Positions 24,979-34,571 of a DNA stretch of 64,000 nucleotides are shown piece by piece. Source of the stretch: an uncultured Oscillospiraceae bacterium (GTDB lineage Bacteria > Bacillota > Clostridia > Oscillospirales > Butyricicoccaceae); contig CAYJAS010000001.1 in NCBI GenBank assembly GCA_964367895.1, positions 2,404-66,403 on the forward strand, in the 5' to 3' direction. Made by a program: the position numbers and the translations under genes. Every line of letters begins with the position of its first letter. The first letter of the stretch is position 1. A model generated the notes under the pieces. That model saw only the letters and a program-made list of their open reading frames with translations. It made no database searches and was not told the origin of the DNA.

Positions 24979-27773
24979 TCCATGCCCCTTACCACTTGTG
25001 CACAACGTGCGCAGGCGGTTTTATATTCGCTATCGGTGCCTACAGAGGGATCATAGCACCAGCAACGCTCGCATTTTTCTCCGCTCGCCTTTTGCACGGT
25101 TACAAACAGCCCTTCCATGCCTTCGCAGGCGGTGCCTTCACTTCCCTGCTCGACTAAAACTTCGGATACTATCAAAATTGTTTTGATTGTATCTGTCAGC
25201 GGTGCCAATTTTTCCGCAAGCTCGGCTGTGCATGACAGCTTAACAGATGCCTCAAGCGGTTTTCCTATAAGCTTTGCCGCACGTGCCTGTTCAAGTGCGA
25301 TATTAACCTCATCACGAAGAGTGGTAAGCATGTTCCATTTTTGAGTTTGCTCACCGGTCAGCGCAAAATTGTCAAATCGGCTGTGCATGTCGTTGAAAAT
25401 TACGCTTTCGGCATCGTCACAGCTTTGGTGCGGCATTGCACGCCAGATTTCATCGGCGGTAAAGGCCAAAATGGGTGCAAGCATACGTGTTATTGTGTCA
25501 AGCACCATATACATTGCGGTTTGGGCACTGCGTCTGCTAATGCTGTCACGCCCTTCGCAGTATAGCCTGTCTTTGATTACATCGAGGTAGAAATTTGACA
25601 TGTCCACCACGCAGAAATTGTTTATCGAATGAGAAACGACATGATACTCAAACTGCTCATATCCTGCCATTACTCTGTCAATCAGTGCGTTCAGTCGTGT
25701 AATAGCCCAACGGTCAATTTCAAGCATCTCCTCCGGCTTGACCATATTGTTGGGATCAAAACCGTCAAGATTGCCGAGAATATAGCGGCAGGTATTTCTA
25801 ATTTTAAGGTAGGTCTGAGAAAGTTGCTTGAAAATATCGTCTGAAACTCTGATGTCAACACGATAATCGCTCGCCGCAACCCAAAGGCGAAGCAAATCGG
25901 CACCGTATTTCTTGATAACCTCCTCGGGGGCTATCGAGTTTCCAAGCGATTTGTGCATGGCTTTGCCCTGTCCGTCAACCACCCAACCGTGGGTGATAAC
26001 GCTTTTATAAGGTGCTCCCTTGCCCATTGCACCAACCGCTATCAGCAAAGATGACTGGAACCAACCTCTGTACTGATCTGCACCCTCAAGGAAAATGTCG
26101 GCCGGCCACATGTCGGCGCCACCGTCTTTAAGAAGTGATGCAAGATTTGTCGAGCCTGAGTCAAACCATCCGTCCAATGTGTCGGTTTCTTTGGTGAAAT
26201 GACTTCCGCCGCAATGCGGGCATTTAAATCCGTCCGGCAAAAGCTCTGACGGTTGTTTGTCATACCATGCGTTTGAACCGTCACGCTCAAAATTACTCGC
26301 AACCGTTTCAATTGTCTGCTCATTGCACACCGGTTTTTGGCAATCTTCGCAATAAAACACGGGAATTGGCAGACCCCAATGACGCTGACGAGAGATGCAC
26401 CAATCGGCACGCTCCGACACCATCGAGGCTATACGCTCCTCACCCCAAGCAGGCAGCCAACGCACCGAATGTATTGCCTTGACAGCCTCCTCTTTAAAGG
26501 CCTCAACCGAGCAGAACCACTGCGGTGTTGCTCTAAAGATAATCGGCGTGTGGCATCTCCAGCAGTGTGGATAGCTGTGGGTTATATCTTCTGCGGCAAA
26601 CAGCGCACCTGTTTGCTTCATGTCCTCTAAAATTGCATCGTTTGACTTGTCATAACGCAGGCCTGCAAACTTGCCAGCATCTTCGGTCTGATATCCTTTG
26701 TCGTCAACCGGCACGATAAGATCAATACCGTATTTACGGCAGGTGTTATAGTCGTCCGCACCAAATCCGGGCGCAGTGTGAACACAGCCGGTACCGCTGT
26801 CCATTGTGACATAATCGGCCAGCACAAGGCGGCTCTCTCTGTCAAGGAAGGGGTGCTGTGCCGTCATGTTTTCAAACATTCTGCCTTGCATAGTGGTGAC
26901 TATTTCATAATCATCAATTTTGCCGATTTCCATAACCTTTTTGCAAAGGGCTTCTGCGACCAGGTAAAACTCACCGCTCTTTGTCTTTACAATGGCATAG
27001 CTATCCTGCGGATGCAGTGCTATTGCGAGGTTTCCGGGCAAAGTCCATATAGTGGTTGTCCAGATAAGCACATTGAGCTGTGACGGCTCACAAATGCCAT
27101 TTAGCTTGCCGAGATCATCTTTTAGGGCAAACTTGACATAAACCGAGGTGCACGGCTCATCATTATACTCTATTTCAGCCTCTGCAAGTGCAGTTTCATC
27201 ATGTGTGCACCAATAAACCGGCTTTAAGCCTTTGTAGATATATCCTTTTTCGAACATCTTTCCAAAGGCACGCACTTCTTCCGCTTCAAACTGCGGTGCC
27301 ATGGTCAAATACGGATTGTCCCAATCGCCCATAACTCCAAGGCGTATGAACTGCTCTTTTTGCACCTCAACAAATCGCTGTGCAAACTTATGGCATTCAT
27401 CTCTGAAAGCCGACACAGACATGCTCTTCCTGTCCAGTTTGTTTTGCTTGATAATGGCGCTCTCAATCGGCATACCGTGATTGTCCCATCCCGGCACATA
27501 CGGAGTGAGATATCCTGTCATTGACTTGTATCTGTTGATAAAGTCTTTGAGTATTTTGTTGAGCGCCGTTCCAAGATGGATACTGCCGTTACTGAACGGA
27601 GGGCCATCATGCAAAATGTGTTTGGGTTTTTGTGCGTTTTTCTCCATCAGCTTTGCGTAGATGTCACGCTGCTCCCACAGCTTCAAAAACTCGGGCTCTC
27701 TCTGCGGCAATCCCGCACGCATCGGGAACTCGGTTTTGGGTAAATTAAGGGTGTCGTTTAAATCCTTGACCAT
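24975..27773 (-). CDS. ileS: isoleucine--tRNA ligase
   Basis: 932 aa. HIGH-type motif (PPFSNGSIHLGTALN), KMSKS-type motif (KMHKSLGN), C-terminal Zn-finger Cys pairs. Confidence 0.95.
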   Translation of the reverse strand: MVKDLNDTLNLPKTEFPMRAGLPQREPEFLKLWEQRDIYAKLMEKNAQKPKHILHDGPPFSNGSIHLGTALNKILKDFINRYKSMTGYLTPYVPGWDNHGMPIESAIIKQNKLDRKSMSVSAFRDECHKFAQRFVEVQKEQFIRLGVMGDWDNPYLTMAPQFEAEEVRAFGKMFEKGYIYKGLKPVYWCTHDETALAEAEIEYNDEPCTSVYVKFALKDDLGKLNGICEPSQLNVLIWTTTIWTLPGNLAIALHPQDSYAIVKTKSGEFYLVAEALCKKVMEIGKIDDYEIVTTMQGRMFENMTAQHPFLDRESRLVLADYVTMDSGTGCVHTAPGFGADDYNTCRKYGIDLIVPVDDKGYQTEDAGKFAGLRYDKSNDAILEDMKQTGALFAAEDITHSYPHCWRCHTPIIFRATPQWFCSVEAFKEEAVKAIHSVRWLPAWGEERIASMVSERADWCISRQRHWGLPIPVFYCEDCQKPVCNEQTIETVASNFERDGSNAWYDKQPSELLPDGFKCPHCGGSHFTKETDTLDGWFDSGSTNLASLLKDGGADMWPADIFLEGADQYRGWFQSSLLIAVGAMGKGAPYKSVITHGWVVDGQGKAMHKSLGNSIAPEEVIKKYGADLLRLWVAASDYRVDIRVSDDIFKQLSQTYLKIRNTCRYILGNLDGFDPNNMVKPEEMLEIDRWAITRLNALIDRVMAGYEQFEYHVVSHSINNFCVVDMSNFYLDVIKDRLYCEGRDSISRRSAQTAMYMVLDTITRMLAPILAFTADEIWRAMPHQSCDDAESVIFNDMHSRFDNFALTGEQTQKWNMLTTLRDEVNIALEQARAAKLIGKPLEASVKLSCTAELAEKLAPLTDTIKTILIVSEVLVEQGSEGTACEGMEGLFVTVQKASGEKCERCWCYDPSVGTDSEYKTACARCAQVVRGME

Positions 27774-27792
27774 ATCGGTTTATCTCCTATTT

Positions 27793-28605
27793 CTAATCGT
27801 CTTGCTCTGTAAAGTTTTTTCCAAAGCGTAGCTCTCCCAAATCGGGGTCAGCGGTGCGACCGGGACGGTCACCGCGTGAAGGCACGCTTTCAAGTTCATC
27901 TTCTTGCTCTTCTTGCTCTTCTTGCTCTTGCTCGCCTATAGTTGTCTCAAAAAAGCGGGTTTCAAACTGTTGTTCATCGATTGAAATGCCACGCTCAACC
28001 GGTATCCCATCTTGCTCGGACAGTTCGCCCGAATCGACAGGTGTAACCACTGGCTGAATGACAATGGTATCCTCAAAATCGTTTACAATCGGCCCTTCGG
28101 AAGGCAGAGTTACCGCAAAATGCTCTTTCTTTTCGCTCTCTGCCGACAAGGTAGCCTCGCCTGCAATAATACTGTCCAGCACCTCAATATTTCGGCTGAG
28201 CAGATCACGCATTTTATGCACATACTCTCCGCACATGGCTTTTGCCTGTTCAAGGCGCTTTTTCTCAAACTCGGTCTTGTCTTTCAAATGCTCAATATCG
28301 CCCTCTGCCGACGCACGAGCGGTTGACAGTATAGTCTGAGCTTCTGCCTTTGCCTCCTCGACCGTGGTTTTGGCCGTCTGCTGTGCATTGTAAAGTGCCT
28401 TGCGCATTTGGTCGTCCACTTCGCGGTACTCCTCAATTTTATCGACAAGTACACGCATTTTTGATTTTAGCGCCGCATTCTCTTTGTACAGCGACGTATA
28501 ATCCACCAGTATTTCGTCCAAAAATTGGTCGATTTGAGCCATATCGTAACCACCAAACATGGCTTTTTCAAATTTTCTGTCTTGAATTTCTTGCGGTGTC
28601 AGCAT
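27793..28605 (-). CDS. divIVA: DivIVA domain cell-division/polarity protein with acidic C-terminal tail
   Basis: MLTPQEIQDRKFEKAMFGGYDMAQIDQFLDEI N-terminal DivIVA motif, coiled coil, EQEQEEQEEQEDE tail. Confidence 0.9.
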   Translation of the reverse strand: MLTPQEIQDRKFEKAMFGGYDMAQIDQFLDEILVDYTSLYKENAALKSKMRVLVDKIEEYREVDDQMRKALYNAQQTAKTTVEEAKAEAQTILSTARASAEGDIEHLKDKTEFEKKRLEQAKAMCGEYVHKMRDLLSRNIEVLDSIIAGEATLSAESEKKEHFAVTLPSEGPIVNDFEDTIVIQPVVTPVDSGELSEQDGIPVERGISIDEQQFETRFFETTIGEQEQEEQEEQEDELESVPSRGDRPGRTADPDLGELRFGKNFTEQDD

Positions 28606-28675
28606 AAGCTCCCCTCATTTCCGATAATTTAATAATAAAAGGAAGACCGGCTTTTCAAACCGGCTCCCTCTTTGT

Positions 28676-28924
28676 TCAATACATCAGCATTTCTAACATT
28701 GCGAGTGTAAGATATGCAAACAAAAATGACAAGTCTATTCGCATACGCTGCATCGAGGGTATTCTCTGAAGTAGCTTGCGAAATGGCATGACAATAGGTT
28801 CTGTCAGCATGTAAAGCATTTGCTGAAGTTTGCTCCCCCTGAGACTTGGTATCCATGAAATAATTGCCGAGAAAAACATCAGCATTTGCAGTGCTCTGAG
28901 CAAGGTAATAACTAAGCTTGTCAA
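28676..28924 (-). CDS. yggT: YggT family membrane protein
   Basis: ALQMLMFFSAIISWIP...LTEPIVMPFRK is the YggT signature. I prefer a TTG start (GGAGGA-tttaaa-TTG) giving 82 aa. The ORF-track ATG at 28960 has no RBS. Confidence 0.75.
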   Translation of the reverse strand: MTSLVITLLRALQMLMFFSAIISWIPSLRGSKLQQMLYMLTEPIVMPFRKLLQRIPSMQRMRIDLSFLFAYLTLAMLEMLMY

Positions 28925-29050
28925 TTTAAATCCTCCAAGAATTACATGGCCACAGGCCACTATAGGACGGCAAAGTCACCGCCCCGTAGATGAAATCGGC
29001 AAATGTATGCATGAACAAATATACATGCCACCCTTTTGCCACAAGTATGT

Positions 29051-29509
29051 TTAGATGTAAAGCCCGTTATTTTCAAGCTCGTCTATCAGGTCGCCCAAGA
29101 TGTCAACATTATACGGTGTGATGATAAAGGTGCTGTTTGCAACCTTTTTGATTTTTCCGTCTTGCGCATAAGTCACGCCGCTCAAAAAATCCACCAGCCT
29201 GCGAGCTACATCTTTATTTGTTTGCTCAAGATTGAGTACCACTGTGCGTTTCTCTCTGAGATGGTCTGCAATGTCGGCGGCGTTCTCAAAACGCTCCGGC
29301 TTGACCAGCACAACCGAAAGCTGTGTAGTGGCATTGATGTTTACCACCTTTCCGTTTCTGCGGAAATCGGTTATCGGAATACCTGTGCTCTCATCGGAGG
29401 GTGCAGGTGCACGGCGTGACGAAGCTTGGGGGAAATCTTCGAAATCATCATCGTCCTCATCTTCATCTCCACCTTTTGCCCAGCGCTTTAAATCTTCAAT
29501 AAAGCTCAT
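29051..29509 (-). CDS. sepF: cell division protein SepF
   Basis: C-terminal SepF domain VVLVKPERFENAADIADHLREKRTVVLNLEQ...RRLVDFLSGVTYA. Acidic linker. Confidence 0.9.
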   Translation of the reverse strand: MSFIEDLKRWAKGGDEDEDDDDFEDFPQASSRRAPAPSDESTGIPITDFRRNGKVVNINATTQLSVVLVKPERFENAADIADHLREKRTVVLNLEQTNKDVARRLVDFLSGVTYAQDGKIKKVANSTFIITPYNVDILGDLIDELENNGLYI

Positions 29510-29527
29510 GTATATTCTCCTCTCGAA

Positions 29528-30241
29528 TTATTTATAATCTCTTGCTCCGAACAAGGCACTTCCCACTCTTACAAGGTTTGCGCCTGCGGAAATGGCATCG
29601 CAAAAATCACTGCTCATGCCCATGGACAAAAAGTCCATAGCTATATTATCATATTTTTTGCCTTTTGTGTCAATAAACATTTGAAATAAAGTGTAAAAAA
29701 AATTGTCATTTCCGCCCGTTTTTAGCAAAATCGGCGGAATTGCCATAATTCCACGGACAAAAACGCCCTTTTGCTCGCTCGCTATACCGAGCAAATGATC
29801 AAATCTCTCCGGCTCTATACCGCCTTTGCTTTGCTCTGCGCCGATATTTATTTCGATTAAAACGTCCTGCACAATGCCTTTTTTGATTGCCGCCTCACTG
29901 ATTGCGCATAGCAATCGCTCAGAATCGACAGACTGTATGAGATCTACCGTGCCCACCACATTTTTCACCTTGTTTGTCTGAAGGTGCCCGATAAAATGGA
30001 CAGGCTTTTTCCCAAAAGCCCCCTCTGCAAGTTTAGCGGTCATCTCCTGCACTCTGCTCTCACCAAACATGTCAACATCAAGCTGAGACATCGCCTTCAC
30101 CGCTTCAATCGAGTGGGTTTTGCTGACAGCGCAAAGCAGTACATCTTCCGGATTTCTACCGCTCTTTTGCGCTGCTATGGCTATACTCTCTCTAATCGCT
30201 TTTACATTTTCCGATAATCTGCTTTGTGCGGTCTCGGTCAT
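29528..30241 (-). CDS. yggS: YggS/YlmE family pyridoxal-phosphate homeostasis protein
   Basis: AVSKTHS (PLP Lys), FGESRVQE, HFIGHLQTNKVK, SMGMSSDF, VRVGSALFG. Confidence 0.9.
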   Translation of the reverse strand: MTETAQSRLSENVKAIRESIAIAAQKSGRNPEDVLLCAVSKTHSIEAVKAMSQLDVDMFGESRVQEMTAKLAEGAFGKKPVHFIGHLQTNKVKNVVGTVDLIQSVDSERLLCAISEAAIKKGIVQDVLIEINIGAEQSKGGIEPERFDHLLGIASEQKGVFVRGIMAIPPILLKTGGNDNFFYTLFQMFIDTKGKKYDNIAMDFLSMGMSSDFCDAISAGANLVRVGSALFGARDYK

Positions 30242-30242
30242 A

Positions 30243-31448
30243 TCAATTCACCACCGTATAATCTTCAAGATTTTTTGCGCTGACGATCATCTTGTCATAT
30301 CTGTATAATCCCTTGGAGGAGGTTTCGGCGCATTCAGCCAGATAATAACTGTCTGTTTGATAAATTATATCTATGGGTTTAAAAGTAATTATAGAGGCTT
30401 CAAGGCAATAAACTCCCCAAACACCGTCTACCTGTCTTAGCGCCTCTCTCGGCACCCTTATTCCGCTGTAAGAGGTGATTACAATGTCTATGTACTGCTC
30501 ACGCCCGGTCAGAAACTCCTCCCACATCAGCTCACTCTCAAAGGTGACAAGACTGCTGTCGCCAAACGATTCTATCTTGTAAATGTCAAGCCTTATCGCT
30601 TCGCTGAAAAGCTCCGGAAAATAAACCTCAGCACTGTTTTTTCCCTTAAGTGCATCTGCCTGCTCGGTGGTCACCTCGGCGACAAAATACCACTTGTATT
30701 GGTCGACGATAACCCCTGCATTGTGTGAGGTGTTTCCGGCGCTTTGAAGCTGTGACAGTGACTGTGGCGTCAACTGCTCCATACTTTCAAAGGTCAGCAG
30801 GTCTTCGTACCCGTCACTGCTGTGCAGAAAATATCCCGAATTGTCAGAGTACACTATCTTGTTTGTGTTTATAGCATCCTCCATCTCGGAGATTTGCACG
30901 GTAAGCTCGTCCATTCTTTGCTTATACATTTCCTCGCTTGTATGGTCGGCACCACGCACAAGCACCAACTGCTGAAGATTTGTATATTGCTGATGCGCTC
31001 CGCTTGCATCACCGCTTTCTGTATTCTGGGCAAGTGCCAAAACCGATGTTCTGATCATACTGTCGGTTTGCGCACTGTCCGCTCCGGTGCTTATACTTGA
31101 ATAAGCTTGCGTGACCGCCTCAAGCTCGGAGGACAGCTCGTTATACAGCGCATAATATTCCGCCTCCGAATCGCTCGAGAGCGAAACGGCGAGCGCATGA
31201 TTTTTGCTGACCTTTTCACCGTTTTCGGCAAAATACTGTACCTGCCCGCTTCCGCTAATGTCGACAACCGTTTCACTTCGAATAAAATAACCCTCGGTTG
31301 AGATTTTGTCCTCAACATCAAGTTCGAGTGCGTCGGTCGTTAAAATCGGGTTGCTGAGATTTTCGCTTACTTGATATCCCAAATAAACGAAAAAGGTAAG
31401 AAGTAGCACTGTTGTAAAAATTGCCGAAATTGCATTGCTGCGCCTCAT
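30243..31448 (-). CDS. hypothetical membrane-anchored protein (possibly HlyD/membrane-fusion-like fold)
   Basis: Single N-terminal TM helix (AISAIFTTVLLLTFFVYLGY), long predicted extracytoplasmic region with a central helical/coiled segment. Stop 1 nt before the yggS start. No motif I can name with confidence. Confidence 0.4.
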   Translation of the reverse strand: MRRSNAISAIFTTVLLLTFFVYLGYQVSENLSNPILTTDALELDVEDKISTEGYFIRSETVVDISGSGQVQYFAENGEKVSKNHALAVSLSSDSEAEYYALYNELSSELEAVTQAYSSISTGADSAQTDSMIRTSVLALAQNTESGDASGAHQQYTNLQQLVLVRGADHTSEEMYKQRMDELTVQISEMEDAINTNKIVYSDNSGYFLHSSDGYEDLLTFESMEQLTPQSLSQLQSAGNTSHNAGVIVDQYKWYFVAEVTTEQADALKGKNSAEVYFPELFSEAIRLDIYKIESFGDSSLVTFESELMWEEFLTGREQYIDIVITSYSGIRVPREALRQVDGVWGVYCLEASIITFKPIDIIYQTDSYYLAECAETSSKGLYRYDKMIVSAKNLEDYTVVN

Positions 31449-31486
31449 GTTTATGCATGTCCCTTTCTCGGAGCATTGTTAAATGT

Positions 31487-31717
31487 CTATCCTATTTCTC
31501 CGTTCATCGACAAACATTTTTGCGGAATGATTGTCGAAATTGCATGTTTGTAGATTAAATGTTGTTTGCCCTCAAACCACAGCATTACGGTATAACCGTC
31601 AAATGCAGTAACCGTTCCCCTTTGCTGAAATCCGTTTGTCAGAAAGATGGTAAGGGGCATCTTCTCTTTCCTCGCATTGTTTAAAAATTGATCTTGCAGG
31701 CTTGTCTTGTTTTCCAT
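31487..31717 (-). CDS. hfq: RNA chaperone Hfq
   Basis: [40 protein letters not shown]...[14 protein letters not shown] (Sm1/Sm2 motifs). AAGGAGA RBS. Confidence 0.95.
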   Translation of the reverse strand: MENKTSLQDQFLNNARKEKMPLTIFLTNGFQQRGTVTAFDGYTVMLWFEGKQHLIYKHAISTIIPQKCLSMNGEIG

Positions 31718-31755
31718 GATATTGTCTCCTTTTGTAAAAAATTAACAATACCATT

Positions 31756-32691
31756 TTAAGCCATTTCCTTGATGAAATTTGTCGCTTTACAGAGGTTTAA
31801 TTCAATATCTTGTGCCGAGCCTATCAAAAGGCGCTTTATACGGCTGTCGCCACCAAACCAAGTCAGTTGTCGTTTTGCATAATTCCGTGACTTGCGCTTT
31901 AAAAGCTCGGTCGCCTCCTCAAGTGACATTTGTCCGTTTAGATATCCGCTGAGTTCTTTATAACCGATGGCTTGAGCCGCCGTGCCGACGAGCATATTTT
32001 GCTCGGTCAGCCATTTTGTCTCCTCTATCAGCCCGTTAGCTATCATGCTGTCCACTCTTGTATTTATCCTGTCGTACAGCATCTCTCTTGATGGTGGAAA
32101 TAATCCTAACATTAACGCTTTATATCGCGGCGGTGCATTTTTTGTCTGTTCATTGTGCAGGCTGATCGGCTTGCCGGTATCTATAAAAACTTCAAGCGCC
32201 CTGATAATGCGTTTTTTATCATTTACATGCAGTTTTTGTGCACTTATCGGGTCAACGGCAAAAAGGCGTTCGTGTATTTGTCGGCCGCCATGCTTATCCC
32301 AGTCCTGTTCGAGTATCTCTCTTGTTCCGCTACTTTGCGTGTTGCCCATAAACCCCGTACCGCTTATCAATGCGTTGATGTAAAGGCCTGTGCCTCCACA
32401 GATAATCGGAGGTTTGTTTTGAGCTAAAATCCTATCTACATGCGCTGAAGCCTGCTGCTCATACAGTGAAACCGAATATGGTTGCCCGGGAAGTACCACG
32501 TCGAACATATGATGCTCTATCCCACGGCGCTCCCCCATTGTCGGCTTTGCCGTTCCTATGTCCATATGCTTGTACACTTGCATGGAGTCGGCAGAAATTA
32601 TTTCTGTGTTTAGCTGTTTTGCAAGCTTTATTGAAAAATCTGTTTTTCCCGATGCGGTCGGGCCACAAACAACTATGATGAAATTGCTCAT
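31756..32691 (-). CDS. miaA: tRNA dimethylallyltransferase
   Basis: VVCGPTASGKTDFSIKLAK...IISADSMQVYKHMDIGTAKP. Confidence 0.95.
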   Translation of the reverse strand: MSNFIIVVCGPTASGKTDFSIKLAKQLNTEIISADSMQVYKHMDIGTAKPTMGERRGIEHHMFDVVLPGQPYSVSLYEQQASAHVDRILAQNKPPIICGGTGLYINALISGTGFMGNTQSSGTREILEQDWDKHGGRQIHERLFAVDPISAQKLHVNDKKRIIRALEVFIDTGKPISLHNEQTKNAPPRYKALMLGLFPPSREMLYDRINTRVDSMIANGLIEETKWLTEQNMLVGTAAQAIGYKELSGYLNGQMSLEEATELLKRKSRNYAKRQLTWFGGDSRIKRLLIGSAQDIELNLCKATNFIKEMA

Positions 32692-34568
32692 TGTATTCTT
32701 CCAAACAGCTTTTCAAGCTGTGCTTTTGACATATATACCGCAACCGGCCGGCCGTGTGGGCAGTTTCGCACATTGGGCATATTCATTACATCTTGTGCCA
32801 GTTTCTCAAGCTCTGCATGATCATTAAACTGTCCACCCTTAACCGCCGCCTTGCAGGCTATGCTTTTAAGCAAATTGTCAAGAACTTCATTGTGCGCCAT
32901 ATTGCCGTTAGCCAATTTGCCCGCCAAATCGGTCAACACAAACGCCATATCAGAGGGTTTAAGATACATCGGAACTTGACGCACCACAACAGAGGTCACT
33001 CCAAAATCATCAATATCAAAACCTGTGCGCTCTAAAAGGTCTTTATGCTCCATAAGCGCAGTCTTATCGCCTACCGCCAGCGTAAGCACAGTCGGCTCAA
33101 GCAGTAATTGTCCGCTTTGGTCAAGCTGTTTGCTCTTTAGTTCATTATATACAATACGCTCATGCGCCGCATGTTTGTCTATAAGCCATACACCTGAGCT
33201 GTCTTGCGCCATAATATAGGTGGAAAGTAGCTGTCCGATGTAAACAATCGGTTCAAAACTATCGTTTTTTTCCTCCTGTTGCACAGGCATTTGCCGGTCA
33301 ACTATTTTATCCGGCTCACTTTCCTTTATCTCGGCACGCACAAGCACGGGCGCAGTTGTTGGGGCAATCTTTTGTTCTGTTTTAGTGTCAGCTTTAGTTG
33401 CATAGCTGATTCCTCGCTCCGAAGCTACCGCGCTAAAGGAGCTCTTATGGCTCTCTTCATATGTAATTGTCGGGCGACGCTGTGGCTCGGGCGCTATTTT
33501 AATCTCGGTTTGTTGTGCCGTGACATTGTCCTGCTTTAAGGGCAAAGAGGGCGAGGTTTTTTTAAGGTTTTCAAGGCTGTTCATGGTTTCGAACGCCGAG
33601 CAAATACAGTGGTAAACGGCAGAAAAAACCTCTCTCTCACGAGCGAACTTGACTTCAAGCTTGGCAGGATGCACGTTGACATCTACCGCCATCGGAGAAA
33701 GCCTGATATTCAAAAAACAAACGGGATGCCTGCCCACCATCAGCCTGCCTTTATACGCCTCATCAAGTGCGGCAGAAAGTAGACGTGAGCGGATAAATCT
33801 GCCGTTGATGTAGAAGTTTTGCAAACTGCGGTTTGCCCTTGTAACACTTGGCGGAGTTATAAATCCGTCTATGGTAATATCACCGAAGGCACCTGCCGTC
33901 ATTATCAGCGACGAGGCGACATCACGCCCTGCGGTAGCATGAATTGCCGACAACATCTTGCCGTCACCCGGTGTTGAAAAGCTCTCTCGTCCGTCTTTAA
34001 TCAGCTTGAAAGCTATTTTTGGGCGAGTTATCGCCGCTTGCATTACAGCTTGCTCGATATACCCGGCCTCAGTTGCATCTTTTTTGAGGAATTTGGCACG
34101 TGCGGGAACATTGTAAAACAAATCTCTGACGACTATTGTTGTGCCGACCGGGCAACCTGCCTCACCGTAAAATTTCTCCTCGCCGCCTTCAATCAAAATG
34201 CGCACACCTTCGGTTTGACCGGCGGTGCGTGTTATCATTTCCACCTTTGAAACGGCCGATACCGCCGCCAGCGCCTCACCTCTGAAGCCAAGGGTCATAA
34301 TTGAGTCAAGGTCGCTTTCCTTGCTGATTTTGCTGGTCGCATGGCGCAAAAAGGCCGTTCTGACCTCCTCAGGCGCAATTCCGATGCCGTTATCACTTAT
34401 GCGAAGGTAGGTATTTCCCCCATTTTTAATCTCTACAACTATTTTATCGGCGCCACCGTCCACCGAGTTTTCAATAAGCTCTTTTGCAACCGAGCCCGGC
34501 CTCTCGACCACCTCTCCTGCCGCAATCATATTGGCGAGCTGTGGCGTAAGCACTTTGATTTTAGCCAT
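32688..34568 (-). CDS. mutL: DNA mismatch repair protein MutL
   Basis: IAAGEVVERPGSVAKELIENSVDGGA GHKL N-domain; C-terminal dimerisation/endonuclease region. Confidence 0.95.
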   Translation of the reverse strand: MAKIKVLTPQLANMIAAGEVVERPGSVAKELIENSVDGGADKIVVEIKNGGNTYLRISDNGIGIAPEEVRTAFLRHATSKISKESDLDSIMTLGFRGEALAAVSAVSKVEMITRTAGQTEGVRILIEGGEEKFYGEAGCPVGTTIVVRDLFYNVPARAKFLKKDATEAGYIEQAVMQAAITRPKIAFKLIKDGRESFSTPGDGKMLSAIHATAGRDVASSLIMTAGAFGDITIDGFITPPSVTRANRSLQNFYINGRFIRSRLLSAALDEAYKGRLMVGRHPVCFLNIRLSPMAVDVNVHPAKLEVKFAREREVFSAVYHCICSAFETMNSLENLKKTSPSLPLKQDNVTAQQTEIKIAPEPQRRPTITYEESHKSSFSAVASERGISYATKADTKTEQKIAPTTAPVLVRAEIKESEPDKIVDRQMPVQQEEKNDSFEPIVYIGQLLSTYIMAQDSSGVWLIDKHAAHERIVYNELKSKQLDQSGQLLLEPTVLTLAVGDKTALMEHKDLLERTGFDIDDFGVTSVVVRQVPMYLKPSDMAFVLTDLAGKLANGNMAHNEVLDNLLKSIACKAAVKGGQFNDHAELEKLAQDVMNMPNVRNCPHGRPVAVYMSKAQLEKLFGRIQ

Positions 34569-34571
34569 CTT

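Noticed and set aside
27896-27922. Short tandem repeat considered as a CRISPR-like or VNTR feature
   Set aside because: There are only three 9-nt units with no spacers. It lies in-frame inside divIVA, encoding an acidic tail. It is not a CRISPR array. No CRISPR repeats or cas genes occur anywhere in the window.
28606-28675. Possible terminator between yggT and divIVA (agccggt-ttgaaa-agccggt)
   Set aside because: The two halves are largely a direct rather than inverted repeat. Only about 4-6 bp can pair via the CCGG palindrome, so termination capacity is doubtful. It is not annotated as a feature.
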